This document shows, piece by piece, positions 42,901 through 51,300 of a stretch of DNA of 64,000 nucleotides. The stretch spans positions 49,593 to 113,592 of the forward strand of contig CAYWBI010000001.1 of the NCBI GenBank assembly GCA_964456445.1, in the 5' to 3' direction. How positions within the stretch are numbered: position 1 is the stretch's first letter; the number at the start of each line of letters is the position of its first letter. Made by a program: the position numbers and the translations under genes. The stretch is from an uncultured Calditrichaceae bacterium (GTDB taxonomy: Bacteria > Calditrichota > Calditrichia > Calditrichales > J004). The notes under the pieces were generated by a model. It worked only from the letters and a program-made list of their open reading frames with translations, was not told where the DNA came from and ran no database searches.

Positions 42901-44498
42901 TAAACCCTCAAAACGAATCGGATTATCGACGTCTTTTGAAGCCGTTAGCTGCCGCAGATATAATTTTCGTTGCCAGTAAAAACGAGAGCGTTACGGAATT
43001 GTTCAACCGCCTGACAACATTAGGAAAAGCGCTTATCCTTCATCCGCAACATGATAAAATGCATTTGACCGTTGTGAGCCACTCTCAATTTAAGTTGATC
43101 GGAACGGAACGTGCCCATTTGGAACATGGCCTTCTGAATGGATTGCTAAAAACATTGATCATAGAATGCCCGGGTTTAATGGCGCGCCTTTTAGACTTAC
43201 CGCAAACGCTGATTGAGGGAGAAATCGGTCACCTGCAAAAAATGCTTTTATCGCCGGATTGGAAAGGGACATACGCCCTGCGTCATGGGCGTTTTTGGCA
43301 GGAAGATTATCAAAAAATTCAACCTGTTGTTACGGCTGCCTTAACTGAGAAGCGGACATCGGTACTTATAACCGGTGGTAGCGGGAACTTAGGTGCTTTA
43401 TTCGTTGAACATCTCGCATCAAAAGGTACAATGGATTTTACACTTGTCTCGCGGTCTTCTTTTCCCAGGCAGGATCAGTGGAATGATCTCAGCGGGCCCT
43501 TGGCGGAAAAGGCGGCAATCTTTGCAACGGCCATGGCAAATGGCTCAACCATTACATTTGAACAGGCCGATGTATCTTCTGAACCGGAAATGCATAAGGT
43601 ATTCGAGACCGTCAATAACCGCCTGGGTAAGATCGATATTGTCATCCATGCTGCGGGTTTAATAGGCGAAGCGGCCTTCCGGCCCATACCGGAAATAGAT
43701 GCGGAGTCCGTAAATGCACAATTTAAAGCAAAGGTGGAAGGTTTTCTGGTTTTGCAGCGCCTGGCCCGAAAATTTAAACCAAAGCTTTGCCTTGCTCAGT
43801 CATCCCTGGCAGCTGTTCTTGGCGGTCTGGGATTTGGGGCTTATGCGGCGGCAAATGCCTTTTTGTCCAATGCCTGCACGGGACTGGAAGAAGACATTCC
43901 ATGGCGTGTTATCGATTGGGATGGTTTAAATTTTAGTACGGATTCAAAACAAAGTAGCTCGCAAAAATACATTTTAAACCGCACGGAAGCGCTGAGCTGC
44001 ATGGATTATATCTTTTCCGATAGCATGCCGGAACGGATCATTATTTCCAGTGGGAACCTGAAAAATCGCCTGGATGCAGTTGAAAATAACCGACAGGCGG
44101 AAACGCCCAACCCAAAATCAAACGAAGAATTATATGACCGGCCCAATTTGCCGACGCCTTATGTGGCAGCGGAAAGCGATCTGCAAAAAGAAATATTAGA
44201 AGTATGGCAAAAATTGTTGGGCATCGGTAAAATCGGTATCCATGACGACTTTTTTGATCTTGGCGGTAATTCCCTGATGGGCACACAGCTTATCTCACGC
44301 ATGCGTGATCGTTTTAAGGTGGACGTGCCCGTGAAGACCCTGTTTGAAAACCCGACCATCGCCGGTGTGGCCGAACAAATCGACCAGGCCCGCTCAAGCG
44401 CGGGAAAACAGGAAGATATGCTGGAGGACATGCTGAATAAAGTAGAAAACATGAGCGCAGAGGAGATTGCCCGGCTTTTAAATAAAACGAAAGAGTGA
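39999..44498 (+). CDS. Type I PKS: KS-AT-(psiKR)-KR-ACP
   Basis: 1499 aa. KS: DIAVIGMAGRFPGA, QTACSTSMV, HGTGTEMGD and GHLDAASG. AT: GHSIGEYVAAH plus HTSHAFHS (the HAFH motif is usually malonyl-CoA). psiKR entry DWFYTPVW, with no HxxxGxxxxP DH motif. KR: VLITGGSGNLG...GAYAAANAF. Carrier: FFDLGGNSLMGTQ. Confidence 0.95.
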   Translation: MSEINEELDIAVIGMAGRFPGADDINEFWEKLKAGVELIRHFSGEELIEAGVDPKLVQNPRYVKARGIINDADGFDAYFFDYSPHEAEIIDPQHRLFLEKCWEAMEHAGYNAEDYDGLIGLFGGVSMNTNLYGYLADRGKPLDAAEGYQLAIGNDKDFLTTRVSYKMNLRGPSLDVQTACSTSMVAITVACQNLLNYSCDMALAGGVSISMPQEQGYLYQEGMILSPDGHCRAFDAKARGTVSGNGAGVVLLKRISDALTAGDTIHAIIKGTSFNNDGARRVGYTAPGVDGQADVIDAAQFMAEIDPRTISYVETHGTGTEMGDPIEVSALKQVFSQATQDKQFCALGSVKSNIGHLDAASGVAGFIKTVLALENKQIPPSLHYEKPNPQIDFENSPFYVNDKLRNWSSDGPRRAGVSSFGIGGTNVHVVLQEAPKLEKTNHIPCPNLFVLSAKTPSALDTASHNLADHFKNHDGIDPADAAFTLFNGRKHFSQRRFVVASSISDAQTVLEGKEPKRLLGMGHKKNPSQPNVVFLFSGQGAQYVNMGKGLYENETVFKKVIDNCSKILEPHLGQKLTDILYPSPGAEETATRILTETRFTQPALFVIELAIARLWEHYGIKATAMAGHSIGEYVAAHLAGVFSLDSVLKVVAERGRMMQSMPGGRMLSIDIDAHEIDSWLIPGISLATVNTKGACVLSGPEDKITELEHKVMEKGIGCRRLHTSHAFHSEMMGPILEAFKHVVESETLSKPTHDYLSNVSGDWISEEEATSPNYYARHLRGTVRFADNLDHLLEDPQVILLEVGPGKTLASLAKRHSRYGLTHTALASLRHPQDPIEDRIQFLTTAGRLWLAGAKLKASALFPDEKYHRLPLPTYPFERKRYWLHKTSGGNTKPAPADDKQNMVTDWFYTPVWKKTFASLPKRQEADKTLFVFYTGTHEPAFTKKLPSANYVGTGKEFRQENDNHILINPQNESDYRRLLKPLAAADIIFVASKNESVTELFNRLTTLGKALILHPQHDKMHLTVVSHSQFKLIGTERAHLEHGLLNGLLKTLIIECPGLMARLLDLPQTLIEGEIGHLQKMLLSPDWKGTYALRHGRFWQEDYQKIQPVVTAALTEKRTSVLITGGSGNLGALFVEHLASKGTMDFTLVSRSSFPRQDQWNDLSGPLAEKAAIFATAMANGSTITFEQADVSSEPEMHKVFETVNNRLGKIDIVIHAAGLIGEAAFRPIPEIDAESVNAQFKAKVEGFLVLQRLARKFKPKLCLAQSSLAAVLGGLGFGAYAAANAFLSNACTGLEEDIPWRVIDWDGLNFSTDSKQSSSQKYILNRTEALSCMDYIFSDSMPERIIISSGNLKNRLDAVENNRQAETPNPKSNEELYDRPNLPTPYVAAESDLQKEILEVWQKLLGIGKIGIHDDFFDLGGNSLMGTQLISRMRDRFKVDVPVKTLFENPTIAGVAEQIDQARSSAGKQEDMLEDMLNKVENMSAEEIARLLNKTKE

Positions 44499-44501
44499 TA
44501 C

Positions 44502-44543
44502 TAATTAACAATTAACAATTAATAATTAACAATTAATAATTAA
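44502..44543. repeat. Left arm: six tandem heptamers YAATTAA (TAATTAA CAATTAA CAATTAA TAATTAA CAATTAA TAATTAA)
   Basis: Read directly. It begins 4 nt after the PKS stop (44496-44498). Positions 44502-44527 are the perfect reverse complement of 44916-44941. Confidence 0.9.
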
Positions 44544-44564
44544 AAAAATCGGTGTATAGGAACC

Positions 44565-44924
44565 TTGGAAGTGAAAGAAAATATTATTCTAGATAAAAGT
44601 TTTAGCTTTGCGGTCCGGATTGTAAAACTATCGCAGTTTCTTACCACCGAAAAGAGAGAGTTTAGTATTTCTCAACAAATATTAAAGTCAGGTACTTCAA
44701 TTGGTGCAAATATTGAAGAAGCAATCGGTGGACAAAGTACAAAGGATTTCATATCTAAATTTTCTATCGCATATAAGGAAGCACGTGAAACGCATTACTG
44801 GTTAAGATTATTACATGAAACTGGTTTTATAGATTCAAAGCTGTTCAATTCTATTTTTGATGATTGTGTCGAAATAATAAAACTACTTACTTCGATTCTG
44901 AAAACAACAAAAAACAATTATTAA
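44565..44924 (+). CDS. Four-helix-bundle protein (23S rRNA intervening-sequence protein / Avd-like family)
   Basis: 119 aa. The segments LDKSFSFAVRIVKL, ILKSGTSIGANIEEA, SKFSIAYKEARETHYWLRLL match my memory of the family consensus (R.SIGANI.EG....S..DF...L.IA.GS..E....L). The start is TTG 44565 or GTG 44571. Confidence 0.8.
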   Translation: MEVKENIILDKSFSFAVRIVKLSQFLTTEKREFSISQQILKSGTSIGANIEEAIGGQSTKDFISKFSIAYKEARETHYWLRLLHETGFIDSKLFNSIFDDCVEIIKLLTSILKTTKNNY

Positions 44925-44948
44925 TTGTTAATTGTTAATTATTAATTT
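44916..44948. repeat. Right arm: inverted copy of the heptamer array (TTAATTR units)
   Basis: AATTATTAATTGTTAATTGTTAATTATTAATTT. It contains the stop codon of the four-helix-bundle gene and ends 16 nt before the next NRPS start codon. Confidence 0.9.
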
Positions 44949-44964
44949 ATGCATCTGAGGTTCA

Positions 44965-47900
44965 ATGAGTTCCGTCTATCAACAAATTGCCAGCTTGCCG
45001 CCCGACAAACGGGCCGTGCTGGAACTGATGTTAAAAAAACAGGGTGTGGATTTAACTCAAATGCCTATCTTGCCCGAAGCGGGCCCGCGGGACAGCTTTC
45101 CCCTTTCCTTCGCCCAGCAACGCATGTGGTTTTTGGACCAACTGGAACCGGGCAATCCATTGTATAACATTTGCTCGCCGGTACACATTCGCGGCAAGCT
45201 GAATGAAGATGCCTTTCGACGTACCTTTGAACTGATTGTGGAAAAACATGAAACGCTGCGTACGACCTTTTTTAAAGAGGGCGCTGAAGCACGGCAAAAA
45301 ATCCATCCGCATACGGAATTGGACTTTGAAACGATTGAGCTGGATAGCGAAACTGATTTACAACAAAAAATAGTCAGTGAAGCAAATATTTCCTTTAATC
45401 TGCAAAAACGTCTGCCAATGCGCATCCGTCTTTTTAAACTCGGAGCGGAGGAACATGTCGCCGTCCTGACCCTGCATCATATTGTTTCCGACAACTGGTC
45501 AACCGGTGTACTTATTCGTGAGTTTATGAATTTTTATCCCGTCCTCGCTCAAGGCGGAGAGGTAACGATCCAACCGCTGCGCGTACAATACGCGGATTTT
45601 GCTGCCTGGCAGCGTAAATGGCTTTCCGGCAAAACATTGGAAAAACAGCTTCTTTATTGGGAAGAAAAACTGAGCGGTTTACCCGCGGCGCTAGACCTGC
45701 CAACGGATTTCCCCCGTCCGGCCTATCAAACCCACAATGGCGATTTTTTGACTTTTGAGCTGGGCATGACATTGAGCAATTCTTTAAAAAAGTTAGCCGC
45801 ACAATACGATGTTACCCTGTTCATGGCGTTGATGGCCGCTTTTCAAATCCTGATGCTGCATTACAGCCGCCAGGAAGATTTTGCGGTGGGTACGCCCATC
45901 GCCAACCGTAACCGGGCAGAAATCGAGCCATTGATCGGCTTTTTTATCAACACACTGGTTATCCGTTCCGATACCATTGACAATCCCACTGTAAGCACCC
46001 TGCTGAAAAAAATTAAAGAAACCATGATCGGCGCCTACGCCCATCAGGACCTGCCCTTCGAAATGCTGGTGGAAAAGCTGGACCCGGAACGCGATATGAG
46101 CCAATCGCCGCTGTTTCAAACCATGTTGGTTTTTAACAATGCGCCTGTCGATAAACTTGAGCTGCCGAATGCTCAATTAGAGCTCATCGGGTTTGAAAAC
46201 AAGACCAGTAAATTTGATCTGATATTCAATTTTATGGAAAGCGAAAGCGGGCTTGAAGGAAAAGTGGAATTTAATACCGATCTGTTCAAACCCGGGACCG
46301 TCCGTGCAATGATACGCCATTTTACCCGCGTTGTTGAAGCAATGAGCAGCGGACCGGATAAGGCGATTGGAGATATTGCCTTACTCAACACTGATGAGAA
46401 GGAACATATTCTAAAAACCCTAAGGGCCCAGTTCAGGGAAGTTAAGGCATCCAAATTATTACTGCCCTTGATTTTGGAGCAATGTCGATCGGGTGCGGAC
46501 AAAATTGCCCTGAGCAATACCGACGGGGACATGACTTATGCCGATTTAAAATCACATATCAGTGTGGTTCAAAAAGTTTTACAGGATAAAAAAATTCAAC
46601 CCGGCGAAGTGGTTGCAGTGGTAGCCCGCCGCACACCTGCCGCCGTTGCAATCCTACTGGGGGTGATGGCCCACGGAGCGGTTTATCTGCCCATCGATCC
46701 CGCATATCCCGGTGAGCGTCTGGAATTTATGTTAAAGGACAGTGGCGCCCGCTGTGTATTGATGGAGGCCGGATGGAAGCCATCTGCAGCGGAGTTTCTT
46801 GTAAGCAGCCGGTTACCGGTGTATGCGGTAGATGGCGCGCCGGACAGACTACAGAACATGGAAGTTTATCAAAATGAAGATGCTCCGGCCTATCTTATCT
46901 ACACCTCCGGTTCCAGTGGCAAGCCCAAGGGAGTATTGGTCAGTCACCGCGCCATTGCCGACCATACCGTTGATATGTGCGCTTATTTCGGCCTTACGGA
47001 AAACGACCGGTCTTTGCAGTTTGCCGCGATGAACTTTGACGCGGCCCTGGAACAAATCCTCTCTCCTTTATGCGCCGGGGCAACAATCGTTTTGCGCGAT
47101 GAAGATATTTGGCCGGTTGAAAAATTCGCCGATAAAATAAACGACATGGGTTTAACCGTGGTAAATCCGACCACGGCTTATTGGAATCAGTGGTGTGCCC
47201 ATCTTGCCGAAAACGGGTCCACAAACTGCCCCACCCTGCGTCTTGTAATTTCCGGTGGAGACGCTATGACGCCAACCGCCCTAAAGCACTGGAGGCAATC
47301 CGCACTAAAAGGGGTTCGTTTGATAAATGCTTACGGGCCGACGGAAACGGTTATAACATCCACTTGTTTCGATGTGCCGGACGAAAGCCTTGTTTTGGAA
47401 CATAACCGATCGCTCCCCATTGGATTACCCAACGCCAACCGCACGGCTTATGTTTTGGACGAAAGGCAACGGCTCTTGCCTTTCGGATTGCCCGGCGAAC
47501 TTTGTATTGCTGGAAAAAATCTGGCGTCGGGTTATCACAATCGTCCGCAGGAGGAAGCACTGGCCTTTGTAGATGATCCTTTTACGCCGGGTCAAAAAAT
47601 GTACCGCACAGGCGATAAGGTCCGTTTACATGAAAATGGTATCATTGAATTTTTGGGCCGCATCGATGCCCAGGTAAAAATACGCGGGTTTCGCATTGAA
47701 CCGGGCGAGGTGGAAAATATTTTGTCGCAACATCCGGATTTGGAAACCGCATTGATCGCCATTAAAACCGATGTGATGGGCGAGAAACAAGTGGTGGCCT
47801 ATTTCCGGCCCAAGGCCGGAGCGGTGGTTTCGATTCCGGCTTTACGGACTTTTATGAAAAATCAATTACCGCCCTATATGCTGCCCGCGGCATTTATCCA

Positions 47901-48321
47901 GTTAGAGACAGTGCCAATGTTGCCGGGCGGAAAAGTAAACCGTCGTGCCCTGCCCGTTCCCGAGGATTTGCGCGGACAACTAAGCGCCGAATATGTGGCG
48001 CCACGTACGGAAACTGAAGAAAAGCTTGCCGCCATTGTGGCCCAGGTATTGCGTATCGAAAAGGTGGGCGTGTTTGATAATTTTTTTGAACTGGGCGGTC
48101 ACTCCATGCTTGGCACCCAGGTCATGAGTATGATCCGGGAACAATTTGGGGTGGAAGTACCTTTACGTGCTCTTTTTGAAAGTCCCACAGTTGATGGGAT
48201 TGCAGCCAGTCTTATGGAAGAATTGACCGGGGCCATTGACGAAAAAGAACTATCCAACTTACTCGATGATATGGATGATCTTTCCGGGGATGAATTGGAT
48301 GCCCTGCTTAACGATGATTAG
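44965..48321 (+). CDS. NRPS: C(LCL-like)-A-PCP with acidic C-terminal docking tail
   Basis: 1118 aa. C: FPLSFAQQRMWFLDQLEPGN and HHIVSDNWS. A: AYLIYTSGSSGKPKGV, NAYGPTE, GELCIAG and YRTGD. PCP: FFELGGHSMLG. Tail: DDMDDLSGDELDALLNDD. The A code read by eye is DAENIGAITK (unassigned). Confidence 0.95.
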   Translation: MSSVYQQIASLPPDKRAVLELMLKKQGVDLTQMPILPEAGPRDSFPLSFAQQRMWFLDQLEPGNPLYNICSPVHIRGKLNEDAFRRTFELIVEKHETLRTTFFKEGAEARQKIHPHTELDFETIELDSETDLQQKIVSEANISFNLQKRLPMRIRLFKLGAEEHVAVLTLHHIVSDNWSTGVLIREFMNFYPVLAQGGEVTIQPLRVQYADFAAWQRKWLSGKTLEKQLLYWEEKLSGLPAALDLPTDFPRPAYQTHNGDFLTFELGMTLSNSLKKLAAQYDVTLFMALMAAFQILMLHYSRQEDFAVGTPIANRNRAEIEPLIGFFINTLVIRSDTIDNPTVSTLLKKIKETMIGAYAHQDLPFEMLVEKLDPERDMSQSPLFQTMLVFNNAPVDKLELPNAQLELIGFENKTSKFDLIFNFMESESGLEGKVEFNTDLFKPGTVRAMIRHFTRVVEAMSSGPDKAIGDIALLNTDEKEHILKTLRAQFREVKASKLLLPLILEQCRSGADKIALSNTDGDMTYADLKSHISVVQKVLQDKKIQPGEVVAVVARRTPAAVAILLGVMAHGAVYLPIDPAYPGERLEFMLKDSGARCVLMEAGWKPSAAEFLVSSRLPVYAVDGAPDRLQNMEVYQNEDAPAYLIYTSGSSGKPKGVLVSHRAIADHTVDMCAYFGLTENDRSLQFAAMNFDAALEQILSPLCAGATIVLRDEDIWPVEKFADKINDMGLTVVNPTTAYWNQWCAHLAENGSTNCPTLRLVISGGDAMTPTALKHWRQSALKGVRLINAYGPTETVITSTCFDVPDESLVLEHNRSLPIGLPNANRTAYVLDERQRLLPFGLPGELCIAGKNLASGYHNRPQEEALAFVDDPFTPGQKMYRTGDKVRLHENGIIEFLGRIDAQVKIRGFRIEPGEVENILSQHPDLETALIAIKTDVMGEKQVVAYFRPKAGAVVSIPALRTFMKNQLPPYMLPAAFIQLETVPMLPGGKVNRRALPVPEDLRGQLSAEYVAPRTETEEKLAAIVAQVLRIEKVGVFDNFFELGGHSMLGTQVMSMIREQFGVEVPLRALFESPTVDGIAASLMEELTGAIDEKELSNLLDDMDDLSGDELDALLNDD

Positions 48322-48344
48322 AATACAGGAATTGTAAATAAAAT

Positions 48345-51300
48345 ATGAGTGATATCTCCGCAAAACTAAAGAACCTAAGCCCTGAACAGCGCGAGCTTCT
48401 TTTAAAGAAATTACAGGCGCGTAAAAAAACCGCTGGCGACGGGCAGGATACAATCGCACCCCGCCCCGATCCTGACCGGTTCCCGGTTTCTTATGCCCAG
48501 GAACGGTTGTGGTTTTTCGATCAACTTGCACCGGGCAGTTCGCTCTATAATATCAGCGCGGCAGTAAAATTTAAAGGACCGCTTGAAACCGATCTGCTTG
48601 AACAAAGCATCAACGCCGTTGTTCAGCGTCATGAGATACTCCAGGTTTATTTCGAAACGGAAAAAGGGGCTCCGTTACAAAAAAAGGCCGGACAGGCCTC
48701 CATTGGCCTGTCTGTTGAAGATATTGGCGATTTGCCGCTGGGGGAACTGGCCGCCATCGAAGCCCAGACGCCTTTTGATCTGTCCCGGGCGCCCTTGCTG
48801 CGCGCGCGTTTGATAAAAGTGGACGAACAGGCCCATGCCCTGCTGCTAACCATCCATCATATTGTGGCCGACGGTTGGTCTATGGGGGTTTTTATAAACG
48901 AAACCGCGCGCTATTACCGTGCACTTCAAGGCGACGGCCAAAAACCGGCCCCGTTGAAAATTCAGTATTTTGATTATGCCTGGTGGCAAAAGAACAAGTC
49001 CGACAAGGCGAAAATGGCCCGTCAGCTTGATTTCTGGGCCGATGAGTTAAAAGGCATGCCCACCTTGCTGGAACTACCTTTTGACCGCAGTCGTGAGGGC
49101 GTTCAGAGTTTTAGGGGACGTCATCATATTTTTCAGATCAGCCCTAAAACAACTGCTGCCCTGCGTGCGCTGTCCCGAAAATCCGGTGTTACCACCTTTA
49201 TTACCCTGTTGGCCGCATTTCAAACCCTGCTGTACCGCTATTCCAACCAGAATGATTTTGGCCTTGGTATCCCCATCGCCAACCGCAATAAAAAGGAGTT
49301 GGAAGCGCTGATCGGTTTTTTTGTAAACACGCTGGTCATCCGCGCAGAGATAGACGGTTCACTGTCCTTTAGCGATTTTCTGAAACAGGTAAAAACCAGG
49401 GCCTTTAAGGCGTATGACAATCAGGATGTGCCCTTTGAGCAGGTGGTGGAAAAAGTACAGCCACAACGCAACAACCAGATCGCACCACTGTTCCAGGTGA
49501 TGTTCGAGTTGCAGGGCGACGCGCTCTCCGGTCTCAACTTTGGCGATCTTGAACTAAAGACAATCGATTTTGAAACCGGTACCGCCAAGTTTGATTTGCT
49601 TTTGATCATGGAAGAGGGCCGTGAAACCCTCAAAGGCGTTCTGGAGTACAACGCGGATTTATTCACAGCGGAAACCGTGGAACGCATGATGCGCCATTTT
49701 GCGTACCTGCTGGATCAAATTGCCCAGGCGCCGGATACGCATCTTGATAAGATTGGCTTATTGCCGCCTGAAGAGGAACAAAACATTTTGCTGCGCTGGA
49801 ACCAGACCGCCGCCGATTATCCCAAGAGCCCGTTTATCCATCAATATACCGCGCAATTTGCCCTAAGTAATCCCGATCATCCGGCGCTTTTGAGCGCGCA
49901 AGGCACCTTTACTTACCGCCAATTTGAAGAACGCGGTAATCAGTTGGCCCATTACCTGGTTTCCCATGGGATCGGGCGGGACGACCGCGTGGGGGTGTGC
50001 ATGGACCGTTCGGCGGAAATGGTTATCGCCCTGCACGGCATTTTAAAGGCCGGGGCCGCATATGTGCCTTTTGACCCGCGCCACCCGGCGGAACGACGCC
50101 GTTTTATGTTGGATGATTCCGGGGCAAGGCTGATCCTGACCCAGGCACATTTGCTGGATTTATTTAAAGGAAGTTCCATACACGCCGTCGTACTGGACGC
50201 CTCTTTTGCCTTAATTGAATCGCTTCCCGTCACGCCCCCTGTGGTGGACATCGACGGTGACCAGTTGGCCTACATGATCTACACCTCCGGTTCCACCGGT
50301 AAACCCAAGGGAACGTTCCTGGCACATAAAAGTATTCTTAACCGATTGATCTGGATGCAGGAAAGCTACGGCCTGACCATGAAGGACGTTGTACTGCAAA
50401 AAACGCCCTTCAGTTTTGATGTGTCGGTCTGGGAGTTTTTCTGGCCTTTTATGCAAGGCGCCACGCTAGCCATCGCCCGCGAAGAAGGCCATAAGGACAG
50501 TGCCTACCTCACCGAGACAGTCCGGCAATACGGTGTGACCACCCTACATTTTGTTCCGCCCATGCTCAAGGTTTTTCTCGAAGACCGTGACAGCAAGAAA
50601 TGCATCTCTTTAAAACGGGTCGTCTGTTCCGGCGAGGCCTTGCCCTACGCGCTGAGCGAGCAATTTTATAAAACGCTTCCCAACGCGGTATTGTACAATT
50701 TATACGGTCCAACGGAAGCCGCCGTCGATGTTACGGCCTATACCTGTCCCAGAGATCGAGACGATAAAAAGCTGCCCATCGGTTCCCCCATCGCCAATAC
50801 CCAAATATATATTCTGGACCCGGCTTTAAATCCCGTACCCGTTGGCGTTGGCGGAGAGCTGTATATCGCCGGGGTTCAGTTGGCACGCGGCTATGCCAAC
50901 AGGCCGGGGCTGACGGCGGAAAAGTTTATCGCCGATCCCTATGCAAAATCCCCCGGCAGCCGTATGTATAAAACGGGCGACCTTTGCCGCTACCTGCCCG
51001 GCGGGGAAATTGAATATCTTGGACGCATCGACCACCAGGTGAAGCTACGCGGTTTTCGAATCGAACTCGGGGAAATTGAAGCAGTTTTACGCGGGCATCC
51101 TGCAATAAAGGATTGCATTGTGCTGGTTCGTGGCACCGATATGGAAAAGGCTATCATAGCCTGGTATATCCCGGAAGAAGGCCAATCTCCTGTCCCGGAG
51201 GATCTGCGCCAATATATCATCCGCCATATGCCGGAATATATGGCCCCCAATTTTTTTATCCCGCTGGATGCTTTTCCGCTTACTTCAAATGGCAAACTTG

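Noticed and set aside
42640-43350. Possible DH or methyltransferase domain in the ~240 aa between AT and KR of the second PKS
   Set aside because: The region starts with the psiKR entry motif DWFYTPVW and lacks both HxxxGxxxxP (DH) and SAM-binding GxGxG motifs. It is best explained as the KR structural subdomain.
44502-44948. Possible CRISPR array or transposon terminal repeats, suggested by the short AT-rich repeats
   Set aside because: The repeat unit is only 7 nt with no spacers, so it is not CRISPR. No transposase or integrase is encoded between the arms. I therefore report it only as an IR-flanked cassette.
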